Origin: Polyangiaceae bacterium
Lineage (GTDB): Bacteria; Myxococcota_A; Polyangia; Polyangiales; Polyangiaceae
DNA length: 64,000 nt
Assembly: GCA_050287085.1 (NCBI GenBank)
Contig: JBNKBE010000014.1
Span: 64,001 to 128,000 of the forward strand
Reading direction: 5' to 3'
In this document: positions 10,413 through 19,133 of the stretch, piece by piece
How positions within the stretch are numbered: position 1 is the first letter of the stretch
Layout of the letters: each line of letters begins with the position of its first letter
Position numbers and translations under genes: made by a program
The notes under the pieces: model-generated
Databases searched by the model: none
Told to the model about the DNA's origin: nothing
Seen by the model: only the letters and a program-made list of their open reading frames with translations

Positions 10413-11423
10413 CTAGGGAAGCACAGGCAAGGCTCGGGCGGCACTGAGCTCCGAGGCCGCCCCCACGTTCGCGCCGGCGGCGCAACGCTTGCAAATATCC
10501 AACTCGAACCGGCCTCGAGCCAAGTCTCGCCGCAGTTGACGCAATGACTGCTTGTTCCAAATGTCGCGTAGATGCTCGCTACCAATATTGCCGAAGCTGA
10601 CTGTACTGAAGTAGTCATTGCAGCAGAGGATCACGTTTCCTTGGTGGTCGATGGTCACATTCTCCGCCGGAATACGGCACGACGTCTTGACTTCCAACTT
10701 GTCGTGCTCGACAAGTCCACCGCGATTGGACAGCTCCGTATCAGCGTCGAAACGGCGATAGTCGAGCCGCACCCCCGCCGCGCCATGTTGGCGGCGATGT
10801 TCAAGGACCGCCTCCACTCCGCGAAGCGGCTTGGCGCTGTGCTGAGTGACGAGTAGGCCGTCGAGGCCCGCCCGCACCAGGCTTTGGTAGCGCGCCACGT
10901 CCAGATAGTCCCCGTTGGTGAATACGACGATCTTGGCCAGGGGCAACTTGCCACGGCAGCGCGCAATCCAACTCTCGAGACGCTCATCGAGCAGGGGCTC
11001 ACCGTAAAAGTGGGGACTGATGCGCCCCGCAAAGCGCAGGTCAGCAAGCTGCCCCAGGAGGCGCTCGAATAGGTCATCGCCCATGCGCTGCTCGTTCTTG
11101 AGCAGTCCGCGCTCGTGGTGAGCGTTGGGACAGTAGCTGCAGCGTCGGTTGCACGCGGTCGTCGACTCGACTTCAACTACTTGGAAGAAGTCCGAGGTTC
11201 CGCGCCGCAACAGGTTTTCGGCGCCATAGACGAACTGCTCGGTACGCGTATTCCAAAGCTTGGTCGGACGCAGGCGACGCAGCGTTCGGAGCCACCAGCC
11301 GAGTTCCGGCGCCTCGGCCTCAAGCGGCACAGGTCGACCTCGACGGCCACCTCGCGTTGCCTCGGTCTCGGGAGCTGCGCCCATGGATGGGGAAAGCACT
11401 TCGGGCTCCTGCTGCACAGTCAC
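10413..11423 (-). CDS. Radical SAM protein with C-terminal SPASM/twitch domain
   Basis: CNRRCSYC (CxxxCxxC), YGEPLL, FTNG; C-terminal CRIP...IDHQGNVILCCND...GNI...CKRC. GGAGG RBS upstream of the GTG start. Confidence 0.92.
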   Translation of the reverse strand: MTVQQEPEVLSPSMGAAPETEATRGGRRGRPVPLEAEAPELGWWLRTLRRLRPTKLWNTRTEQFVYGAENLLRRGTSDFFQVVEVESTTACNRRCSYCPNAHHERGLLKNEQRMGDDLFERLLGQLADLRFAGRISPHFYGEPLLDERLESWIARCRGKLPLAKIVVFTNGDYLDVARYQSLVRAGLDGLLVTQHSAKPLRGVEAVLEHRRQHGAAGVRLDYRRFDADTELSNRGGLVEHDKLEVKTSCRIPAENVTIDHQGNVILCCNDYFSTVSFGNIGSEHLRDIWNKQSLRQLRRDLARGRFELDICKRCAAGANVGAASELSAARALPVLP

Positions 11424-11459
11424 TCTTCACCCTCCCTGGACTCAACCGCTGGTGCAACG

Positions 11460-12128
11460 TCAGTCTTGCTCGTCCTTGGGCGGAGTGGCCAAGACGGACG
11501 GCAAGAGGTGGTTCATCTGCTCGCGCTTGACGCGCAGGTATTCCAGCGAATGCTCATTGGGTTGAATCACGAGCGGCAGTCGTCCCACAACACGAACACC
11601 GTGTTCCGCCATCGCCTCCAGCTTCTCTGGGTTGTTGGTGAGCAGTTTCACGCTGGCTACCCCAAGGTCCGCTAGAATGGCAGCGGCCACGCCGTAGCCT
11701 CGCGCGTCCACCGGAAGGTTGAGCTGTTCGTTGGCCTCGATCGTGTTTGCGCCCTGATCTTGAAGCGCATAGGCACGGATCTTGTTGGCCAAGCCAATGC
11801 CCCGGCCTTCCTGCCGCAAGTAGAGAATGCAGCCGCGCTCCTGCGATTGGATGAACCGCTGCGCCTCGAGCAACTGGGCACGACAGTCGCACTTCATCGA
11901 GGAGAAGACCTCCCCGGTAAGGCATTCCGAATGCACACGCACGGGTAGCGCATGCGCCCCCGAAACGTCGCCGCGCACCAGAGCTACATGCTCATTGCTC
12001 AACGAGGGGTGTACACCGGCTTCATTTGAGCGGTACACCAGGAAGCGAAACGTGCCAAACTCGGTGGGCAAGCTCGATTCTGCAAGCCGTTGGACGCCCA
12101 ACATGGGCACTTCTGCTGGCGACGTCAT
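11460..12128 (-). CDS. ribA: GTP cyclohydrolase II
   Basis: VRVHSECLTGEVFSSMKCDC zinc motif, YLRQEGRGIGL, NKIRAYALQD, LLTNNPEK. Stand-alone, with no RibB domain. Start approximate (ATG 12128). Confidence 0.95.
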   Translation of the reverse strand: MTSPAEVPMLGVQRLAESSLPTEFGTFRFLVYRSNEAGVHPSLSNEHVALVRGDVSGAHALPVRVHSECLTGEVFSSMKCDCRAQLLEAQRFIQSQERGCILYLRQEGRGIGLANKIRAYALQDQGANTIEANEQLNLPVDARGYGVAAAILADLGVASVKLLTNNPEKLEAMAEHGVRVVGRLPLVIQPNEHSLEYLRVKREQMNHLLPSVLATPPKDEQD

Positions 12129-12400
12129 CGTCAAATGCATACCACGGCATAGCAAATGCCGGCCGAGACGCTCTAGCCGATGGTGCTCTCAGAGCCAACG
12201 GCGGGCCCAGTGGCCCAATGTAGGTGCGCCATCGCAGACCAGCCGTGGACGAGCCGTGGCCCATGTTCCTGTTCTGACTGGATAATTCTCAGTTCTCCAG
12301 GCTCCGTTGAACGTCATCGCACGCAGCGAATGTAGCCTGTTCCACCTAGCGGCAGCGACCTTTGTGCCAGGAGGGCTTTGTTCTACCTTGCTCGGGCACC

Positions 12401-13180
12401 ATGAAACCTGGTTCACATAAATGTGAAGCCGAACACCACGAGCTCCTCCGCGCGTGGCAAGCGGAGAGATTTGGCGTCCCCGACCGCCATTCGAGCCCCG
12501 AGGACCTCACGGCGCTCTATGAGCCGCTATGCGGCGAGCGCGTGCAACGCCTGGCGCACCTCGGACAAAGCGCAGACGGCTTCATTGCCGGCGCCGACGG
12601 TTGCTCTCGCGGGCTGAGCTCCCTGGAGAACCTCCTGCACCTCCACCGTCTGCGGGCCCTCTTCGACGTCGTTCTCGTCGGCGGCGCTACCGCGCGCACC
12701 GACGACCCTCAACTCACGACTCGGCTCGTATCGGGCCCCAATGCAACTCGCGCTGTGCTCGATCCACTGCTCAAGTGCCCGCCTCACCTTCAGCTCTTCA
12801 ACGGCGAGGCGCCAACGGTGGTGCTCTGCTGCCAAGACGCCCCCAGTCCGCGCCTTCCTGCGTCCGTGAAGCTACTCCGGCTTCGGACACCTTTCTCCCA
12901 GCTCAACGCAGCGGCAACATTCGAGGCCCTGAAGGCCGAAGGGCTCCCCCGGGTCTTTGTAGAGGGGGGCGGAGCTCTGGTTTCACGCGCCTACCGCGAG
13001 GGATGCCTCGACCGCTTACACATCGCGCTTGCGCCCCTATTCATCGGTTCTGGAGTCCCCGGCCTCGCTGTCGGAAGCGTGGACACCTTCCAATCGGCTC
13101 ACCGTCCCCGGAGCCGCCAATTCCAACTCGGCAGCGACGTCCTATTCGACTTCGATCTAAAGAGTCAGCCTGCCACCTAG
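12401..13180 (+). CDS. RibD C-terminal (pyrimidine reductase / DHFR-fold) domain protein without a deaminase domain
   Basis: GQSADGFIA, HRLRALFDVVLVGGATARTDDPQLTTR, VFVEGGG and APLFIGSG motifs; no HAE/PCxxC deaminase motifs. Start ATG 12401 (ORF opens at 12362). Confidence 0.88.
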   Translation: MKPGSHKCEAEHHELLRAWQAERFGVPDRHSSPEDLTALYEPLCGERVQRLAHLGQSADGFIAGADGCSRGLSSLENLLHLHRLRALFDVVLVGGATARTDDPQLTTRLVSGPNATRAVLDPLLKCPPHLQLFNGEAPTVVLCCQDAPSPRLPASVKLLRLRTPFSQLNAAATFEALKAEGLPRVFVEGGGALVSRAYREGCLDRLHIALAPLFIGSGVPGLAVGSVDTFQSAHRPRSRQFQLGSDVLFDFDLKSQPAT

Positions 13181-14137
13181 CTACGAGCCCTCGTCACCTT
13201 CACCCGGCTCGCCATGGCGTATGCGCTCGCCACGCCCCGCCCGGTGCAAGAGCACAAGCAGTCCGGGTAGACTCACGATAAGACCGAATAGACCAAATGT
13301 GACCGACACTGTGAGGCCTTGGGTTGCGTCGGCACCAAGCGCTGAAAACAAGCCGACGGCGGCCGCTTCACGCACCCCCCAACTGCCAATCGCGCTTGGC
13401 AGATTGGACGCCAGCAACAACAACGGCCCAAACCACAACAATTGACGCAAAGATAGAGGCACGTGTGCCGCCTGTGCCGAGATACTCAGCTCGAATAGGA
13501 GAGCCACGGTCAAGAGAATCGAAAGCGAGAGATGGCGAATGAGAACCTCGCCGCGGAGCAAGACCAGCGCCGCTTCACGCCCCCCGCTCACCCTGGCCGC
13601 CAATACAGCGCGATAGCGACGCCGCAACAAGAGCGCTGCTCCAACCGCCACGACTACCGCGAACACAACGAACGCAGCCGCTTGCTGACCCAGGAGCTCC
13701 GGCGGGGCAAGTGGAATGGCGCACGCCGCGGCAAGCAACAGGCCCATCTGTCCCGATACTCGGTCCAAAACCAAGCCCTGGGTAACAGCGCCGAATGCCC
13801 CCCCAGCGCGCACCGACCGCAGCAGGCGAGAGCCGTCACCCACCATTCCGGTCGGAAGGCACTGGTTGAGACTTACCGAAAGCGCATATTCGAGCGTCGC
13901 CGTCTTGAACGCAAGGTCGTGTCCGCAGGTGCGGGCCAAACCGGACCACCGCACCCCAAGGAGCACAAGCGTGCTAGCGTGAACGACGGCATAAGGAAGA
14001 AGCCAGCGAACGTCGAGCCCCATGAGCCGTGCCGCAAGCGCGCGTCCATCGACGAAGTAGAGCGCCGCTACCAACGCCGCACCGAACAATAGCAGATGGC
14101 CCCAACGCGTGGATGGCCACTTGCGCCAACTAGCCAA
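13181..14137 (-). CDS. Lysylphosphatidylglycerol-synthase TM / flippase-like membrane protein (UPF0104 type)
   Basis: About 8 TM segments; RW, NQCLPTGMVGDG, DRVSG and PSAIGSWGVREAAA motifs. Confidence 0.82.
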   Translation of the reverse strand: MASWRKWPSTRWGHLLLFGAALVAALYFVDGRALAARLMGLDVRWLLPYAVVHASTLVLLGVRWSGLARTCGHDLAFKTATLEYALSVSLNQCLPTGMVGDGSRLLRSVRAGGAFGAVTQGLVLDRVSGQMGLLLAAACAIPLAPPELLGQQAAAFVVFAVVVAVGAALLLRRRYRAVLAARVSGGREAALVLLRGEVLIRHLSLSILLTVALLFELSISAQAAHVPLSLRQLLWFGPLLLLASNLPSAIGSWGVREAAAVGLFSALGADATQGLTVSVTFGLFGLIVSLPGLLVLLHRAGRGERIRHGEPGEGDEGS

Positions 14138-14229
14138 GCGTAAGCCTCCGCCCGTTGCTCAAGGCCTCCGACCCAACCTCCCCGCGCCAAGAGCCGGCGA
14201 GCAATCGACGTACGCGTTCAACTGACGCG

Positions 14230-15240
14230 TCATCCATGGCAGTCGCGCCCGCTCTGGTACTCAACGCAACGGACCGAGCGCAGTTCCTTTTCCTCATGCA
14301 GCGCCATCCGCTCGAAATGCTCCGGCAAGCGCTCGAAATCGACCCGCGACGCAACCAGAACGTCGAGCCGTGCGTCGTCCAGCAATCGCAAAGCTAGGTC
14401 CAAACGCTGACCGTAGCTCCAGCCGGGCTTGTTTGGACTTACCGACCCGACTTGGGAGCTCACGATCCGAAGGCGCTGCGAATGAAAAGCGCCACCCAAC
14501 GAAAGCGCCACTGGACTCGCGCCATACCAACTGAGCTCGACGAGAGTACCCCCGGGTCTCAGCAAACCGAGTGCTGTTTCAAGCCCCGCCTCCGTCGCAC
14601 TAGTGTGAAAAACGAAGTCTTGCGCTGTCCATGCCTCTTCTGGCGTTCGAACCCGCGCTCCTAGCTCCGCAAGCCACGCACACGCAGTGGGCTTCGGCTC
14701 GATTACTTGCACCTCTAATGCCAAGGAGCGACAAAGCAATGCGGTAAGCAAGCCCCCAACGCTCCCCGCCCCCACGACCGTAACGCGATCTCCAGCGACG
14801 GGTCGTGCGTCCCAGAGCGCGTTGAGGGCGGTTTCCATATTTGCAGCCAGAGTGGCACGTGCCAGCGGAACCGTGTCCGGCACCGTGCGAACCGCAGCCA
14901 GCGGTACCCAGTAGCGGTCCTGATGCGGATGAAGCACGAAAACGCGCCGGCCAACCTCCTCCTCCGCGCCGGCGATGATAACCCCAGCGCTCGAATACCC
15001 GTACTTGAGCGGCCCCGAAAACGGCCCAGTCTGAAATGGGGCTCGCATGCGCTCATGCTCGATCGCAGGAACCCCTCCCCGATGCACCAACGTCTCGGTA
15101 CCGGGACTGATCCCGCTGAAGTGAGTCTCAACCAAGACCGACCGCCCTTCAGCGCGAGACACTTCGCCCCAGGTCGGCAAGTCCTCGCTCTCCAGTCGGC
15201 CTCGTTCTCCGGGCAAGACCCAATAAGCCGTCGCCTTCAT
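14230..15240 (-). CDS. Zinc-binding-alcohol-dehydrogenase-like (MDR family) oxidoreductase
   Basis: SGISPGTE, KYGYSSAG, LHPHQD, ANMETALNALWD, Rossmann VVGAGSVG, ELSWYG, FHSQRL..SSQVG. ATGA overlap with the upstream gene. Confidence 0.88.
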   Translation of the reverse strand: MKATAYWVLPGERGRLESEDLPTWGEVSRAEGRSVLVETHFSGISPGTETLVHRGGVPAIEHERMRAPFQTGPFSGPLKYGYSSAGVIIAGAEEEVGRRVFVLHPHQDRYWVPLAAVRTVPDTVPLARATLAANMETALNALWDARPVAGDRVTVVGAGSVGGLLTALLCRSLALEVQVIEPKPTACAWLAELGARVRTPEEAWTAQDFVFHTSATEAGLETALGLLRPGGTLVELSWYGASPVALSLGGAFHSQRLRIVSSQVGSVSPNKPGWSYGQRLDLALRLLDDARLDVLVASRVDFERLPEHFERMALHEEKELRSVRCVEYQSGRDCHG

Positions 15241-16934
15241 GGCACACGCTCCTCCGCACGCCCCCGCGAAAAGCCGCGCAGGAACGCCGGCAGAAAGCTC
15301 TCCATGGGCAGATGAGGCGCGGGTTGGCGCGGCGTCAGCCCGTCAGCGTAGCCGCGCTCTCGAAAAGGCACTAGCAGTTCCGGCCGTCGACTGAAGGCAA
15401 AAATCGGAACGGCGTGGGAGCTCCCATGTCCGCTGACTTTGGTCACCGGCTGATGATCCCCAAGCGCTATCACCAGCGCGTCGCTGGCAACGTATTTGAT
15501 GAGGTAGTCGGTGAGCACGCGCAAGTCATAGTTGATCGTAGCTGCATAGGCCTCCGGAGCACGACCCATGTTGGACCAGGTGAGACCCGAAAACTCTCGG
15601 TTTCTGACCCGAGCATAGCTCTCCCCTCGTCCAATCGCATCCCAGTCGGCAAAAAGATGGGGCACGGTAGCCCATGGCCCGTGGCTCGTGATCAGAGCAA
15701 ACTCGGCGAATAGAGGGGGATGCCCTGGTCGCAATTCGGCCCGATGCAGAGCGTCAATGGTGTACTGGTCTGGCAGTTCACCCCATCCGACCACAGGCCC
15801 ACGATAGTCAAACTGCCATCGGTCGTAGAGCTTGTCGAACCCCCAGAACTCCCCTTCCGGCCAGTCCAGACGAGTCCCTGGCATGGCGAATACCGAGCGA
15901 TAGCCAGCCTTTCTAAGCAAGCGCGGTAGGGTTGGCGCATCCGACGCCATGACGAGACGGTAGTCGAAGTCGTTGTCAATTCGGATGCCGGTACCCAGCG
16001 TCAGCTGCGCGCGATGAGAACCAGCCCCATAGGTCGGTGACTCCATGAGGTTGGATACCACGCCGTAGCCCGCGTCCCTCAGACGGTCCAAGCTCTCATT
16101 CAACACCGGAAGATGCGTCGCGTAGAGCTTTTGGTCGTCGTAGGAACAAGCCCCGAAGGACTCGATCAGAAACAGGTATACTGTGGCACCACGAAGCCGA
16201 CTCAGATCGTGCGGCGTCTCGGCGATTTCGCGTTTCGCGGTCTCGATGCGCTGAACTATCTGAGAACGGTAGCCGGCCGCCTGCAACGCGAAGTCCACTT
16301 CGGTCGCAATACGCGGCACAACGCTCGGATTGAGCGCGGCCAGCGCATCGCGAGCGGTCCAGCGTTCCGGCGCCTTGTCGTCCGGCATGCCCCAATAGAC
16401 CGTGGCCGCGAGCGCCAAGAGCAGGCCACGCCGCCCCAGAGTCCGTTGCTGGCTACGAAATGCCTGGCGGGACGCCCAACTCACAAGCGAAACAGCGACG
16501 ACCAACCCCACTACGCTCAGGATCCCAAATAGGACAAAGTCGGACAGAGGCATGGTTTGGTAGAGCAACCGCACCCCTTCTCTCACGAGGTGCAATTCCA
16601 CGGTTGCGTTGAACTGCCGATGAAAGAACTCGCCGACGATACCGTCCGCAATCCGCAACGCGAACGCGAGCAATACGACAATCGCAACCACCGCGTGCAC
16701 CAGCGTCGGAACGCGCTTCCGCAGCAGTGCCACGAGTGCGTAGACAAGTAGTAGCGCAGACGCATCCACCGACGGCAGAGCCGTGCTGGGCTGGAGTTCA
16801 GCGGGGTTGGCGCCCAGGCAGAAGCTAAGCACAGCCCATGAAGCAGCGAGACCGGCGAGCGTTCGTAGCCGATGGGCCCATGCGCCGTCGATGCTTGGAT
16901 ACCGAATACGTAACTTCCGAAGCAGGGAAATCAT
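15237..16934 (-). CDS. Membrane-anchored sulfatase / LTA-synthase-like protein (alkaline phosphatase superfamily)
   Basis: Several N-terminal TM helices, then LFLIESFG, SPTYGAGS, TSHGPW and LGDHQP metal/nucleophile motifs. Confidence 0.8.
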   Translation of the reverse strand: MISLLRKLRIRYPSIDGAWAHRLRTLAGLAASWAVLSFCLGANPAELQPSTALPSVDASALLLVYALVALLRKRVPTLVHAVVAIVVLLAFALRIADGIVGEFFHRQFNATVELHLVREGVRLLYQTMPLSDFVLFGILSVVGLVVAVSLVSWASRQAFRSQQRTLGRRGLLLALAATVYWGMPDDKAPERWTARDALAALNPSVVPRIATEVDFALQAAGYRSQIVQRIETAKREIAETPHDLSRLRGATVYLFLIESFGACSYDDQKLYATHLPVLNESLDRLRDAGYGVVSNLMESPTYGAGSHRAQLTLGTGIRIDNDFDYRLVMASDAPTLPRLLRKAGYRSVFAMPGTRLDWPEGEFWGFDKLYDRWQFDYRGPVVGWGELPDQYTIDALHRAELRPGHPPLFAEFALITSHGPWATVPHLFADWDAIGRGESYARVRNREFSGLTWSNMGRAPEAYAATINYDLRVLTDYLIKYVASDALVIALGDHQPVTKVSGHGSSHAVPIFAFSRRPELLVPFRERGYADGLTPRQPAPHLPMESFLPAFLRGFSRGRAEERVP

Positions 16935-16982
16935 TGTGGTCTCTGCGTTTTCTCAGCTGGCGCTTGACCCAGCTTCCCCGGT

Positions 16983-18059
16983 TTGATTCTGTCCAAGATC
17001 GTGAACCACGAGCCCGATGCGGCACCCAACAAAGAAGCAATCCACGAAACTTCTGTGTCTGCAATGGTAGGGGTCTCGGTGTCAACGCCCGATTCCACGA
17101 AGGGCCGTCCGTCTTGGAGGTCTCGCTTCGTGCAATGGCTGTGGAGCCCAGACGCGATGGCCAAAACCCTCGCCGAGGCCGAACAAAGCCTGGAACCCGT
17201 ACGGCGCCGCCTGCTCTTGGGACAGAACGCGCGCGAACTTGCCGACCGTGCGCTTTCCCCCATTGAGCCTCCGAGGTACGGAATTGCCTACGCCTCGGCT
17301 GCGGAGTTGTATCGCCAAGCCATGTACTGGCTTGCCGTGGCCAGAGATGACCCAGGTCCGCGTTTCGACGCCACTCTATCGGAATTGCTAACCACCCTCG
17401 AGACGCGATCCCTACTGCACAATCCTCCGGCACTGCCGGCGCAGTCTCTCGCCTGTCGCAGTTTCGAAGACTTCGGCCTTCTTGCGCCCGAGGACGCCCG
17501 GGGCGTCGCGCTAGCCCTTCAGAGTGTGAGCAGCAGCTTACAAGTCCACTCCGACGGTCCGTTTCGCAGGTGGCGCATCTGGCGACGACGCGTAGCAAGA
17601 CTCGGATTGGTCGCCGCCGCGCTGGCACTCATTCCGCTCGCGGTCGTCTACGTTCAAGATCGCTACGCGCTCGATCACGACCTCAGCAGAGGGAAAGCCT
17701 GGAAGGCCAGCTCTCGTATCCGTGCCGGCTGCACCCCCCCAGCCCGAGTCTGCGCTGGCTCCGATGACTTCTTCTTCCACACAAGACGCGAGGCCGAACC
17801 CTGGTTCGAAATCGACTTGGGCTCCCCGCAGCGCTTCTCGAGTCTCTACATCGTCAATCGTCGCGATTGCTGCACGGTGCGGGCCATTCCTCTATTTGTT
17901 GAAGCCTGGATAGATGGCCAATGGCGCCAGCTGGCTCGACGCAATGACAAGTTCGATACTTGGCGTCCCACCTTTGCTCCTGTCACGGCGAGCAAGGTTC
18001 GGTTGAGGGTCGGGCGCTGGAGTACGCTGCACTTGGCTGACGTCCGCGTGCTGCCCTAG
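16983..18059 (+). CDS. Single-TM protein with C-terminal discoidin (F5/8 type C) domain
   Basis: TM (LGLVAAALALIPLAVVYV) followed by FFFHT...PWFEIDLG...IVNRRDCC...LHLADVRV. True start may be ATG 17064. Confidence 0.75.
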   Translation: MILSKIVNHEPDAAPNKEAIHETSVSAMVGVSVSTPDSTKGRPSWRSRFVQWLWSPDAMAKTLAEAEQSLEPVRRRLLLGQNARELADRALSPIEPPRYGIAYASAAELYRQAMYWLAVARDDPGPRFDATLSELLTTLETRSLLHNPPALPAQSLACRSFEDFGLLAPEDARGVALALQSVSSSLQVHSDGPFRRWRIWRRRVARLGLVAAALALIPLAVVYVQDRYALDHDLSRGKAWKASSRIRAGCTPPARVCAGSDDFFFHTRREAEPWFEIDLGSPQRFSSLYIVNRRDCCTVRAIPLFVEAWIDGQWRQLARRNDKFDTWRPTFAPVTASKVRLRVGRWSTLHLADVRVLP

Positions 18060-18239
18060 GTGGACGCTTAGAAAGAACGGCGACGGTACGACGGCATCGG
18101 AGGTGAACAACAACATCGCGCCGCTATCGCCTCGCCCTGAACAATTGCGTCACCGCTGCAGGGTGTCAATTCTGCCCTATAGTGCTTGCGCGGCAAGGCG
18201 CCTGGCGGTCCGCACGTAGCGCCCAGTATGCTTGGGCCC

Positions 18240-19130
18240 ATGAGCTCCCTTGAAAACCCGCGTTCGCCGGCACGTCTCATCGCGTTGGGCACCGCCCTCT
18301 ACCTCCTCAGCTGTGGCGGCAACGACGAGAAAGACAGTGCGACGAACGGGGCCGGTACGCCCATTTCCGGAACAGACGATGTGCTGATTGACCCAGGCAG
18401 TGGAAACGGCTCGCCAAAGGGGGACAGCCGCAGCCTCAACCAAGATGGCTGCTCCCCTAATTTCACGGGCATCGTGCGGGACTTTCGCGCCGATCACCCA
18501 GACTTCGAAGCCTTCGCTGCAAACGGCATTGCGCCCGGAATCGTCGAGGAGTCGTTGGGTGCCGATCGCAAGCCAGTATACCGCCAGTCAGGCACGGGCT
18601 ACCGAGACGGCGCTCACTACAACCCGAACGGTCAACAAGTGACCACCAGCCGCGCCAACTTCGATCAGTGGTACCGTACCACCGACGGGGTCAATCAGGA
18701 GTTCGCGTTCATCGTCCCCTTCGAAGCCACAGGCACCGCATTGCACTACAGCAACGCGGCCTTCTTTCCTATCGATGGTCGCGGATTCGGCGATACGAAT
18801 GGTCACAACTACTGGTTCACATTCGAACTGCACACGACCTTCACCTACGAGGGGGGCGAAGTGTTCACCTTCGTGGGCGATGACGATCTGTGGGCGTTCA
18901 TCAACGGCAAACTGGCCGTCGACGTAGGCGGTACTCACGAAAAAGAGTCGGGCACCGTCAATCTTGACAATGAGGCGTCACGACTTGGGCTCGAGGTGGG
19001 CAACACCTACCCACTGGACCTCTTCCACGCCGAGCGTCACACCGTCGACTCGAACTTTCAAGTCGAGACCAACATCGTCTTCAACAACTGCGATCCGATC
19101 TTCACCGACGACGTACAACTCGTTCAGTAA
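18240..19130 (+). CDS. Fibro-slime (PA14-related) domain lipoprotein
   Basis: Lipobox LLSC; VRDFRADHPDFE, FDQWY, FFPIDG, HNYWFTFELH, FVGDDDLWAFING, DVGGTH, FHAERH motifs. Confidence 0.9.
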   Translation: MSSLENPRSPARLIALGTALYLLSCGGNDEKDSATNGAGTPISGTDDVLIDPGSGNGSPKGDSRSLNQDGCSPNFTGIVRDFRADHPDFEAFAANGIAPGIVEESLGADRKPVYRQSGTGYRDGAHYNPNGQQVTTSRANFDQWYRTTDGVNQEFAFIVPFEATGTALHYSNAAFFPIDGRGFGDTNGHNYWFTFELHTTFTYEGGEVFTFVGDDDLWAFINGKLAVDVGGTHEKESGTVNLDNEASRLGLEVGNTYPLDLFHAERHTVDSNFQVETNIVFNNCDPIFTDDVQLVQ

Positions 19131-19133
19131 AGG

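Noticed and set aside
12129..12400. FMN riboswitch upstream of ribA or the ribD-like gene
   Set aside because: No recognisable RFN conserved segments on either strand by eye; an Rfam scan would be decisive.
16931..17263. 110-aa minus-strand ORF apparently coupled to the sulfatase-like gene
   Set aside because: It lies antisense to the better-supported discoidin gene and has no recognisable motif.
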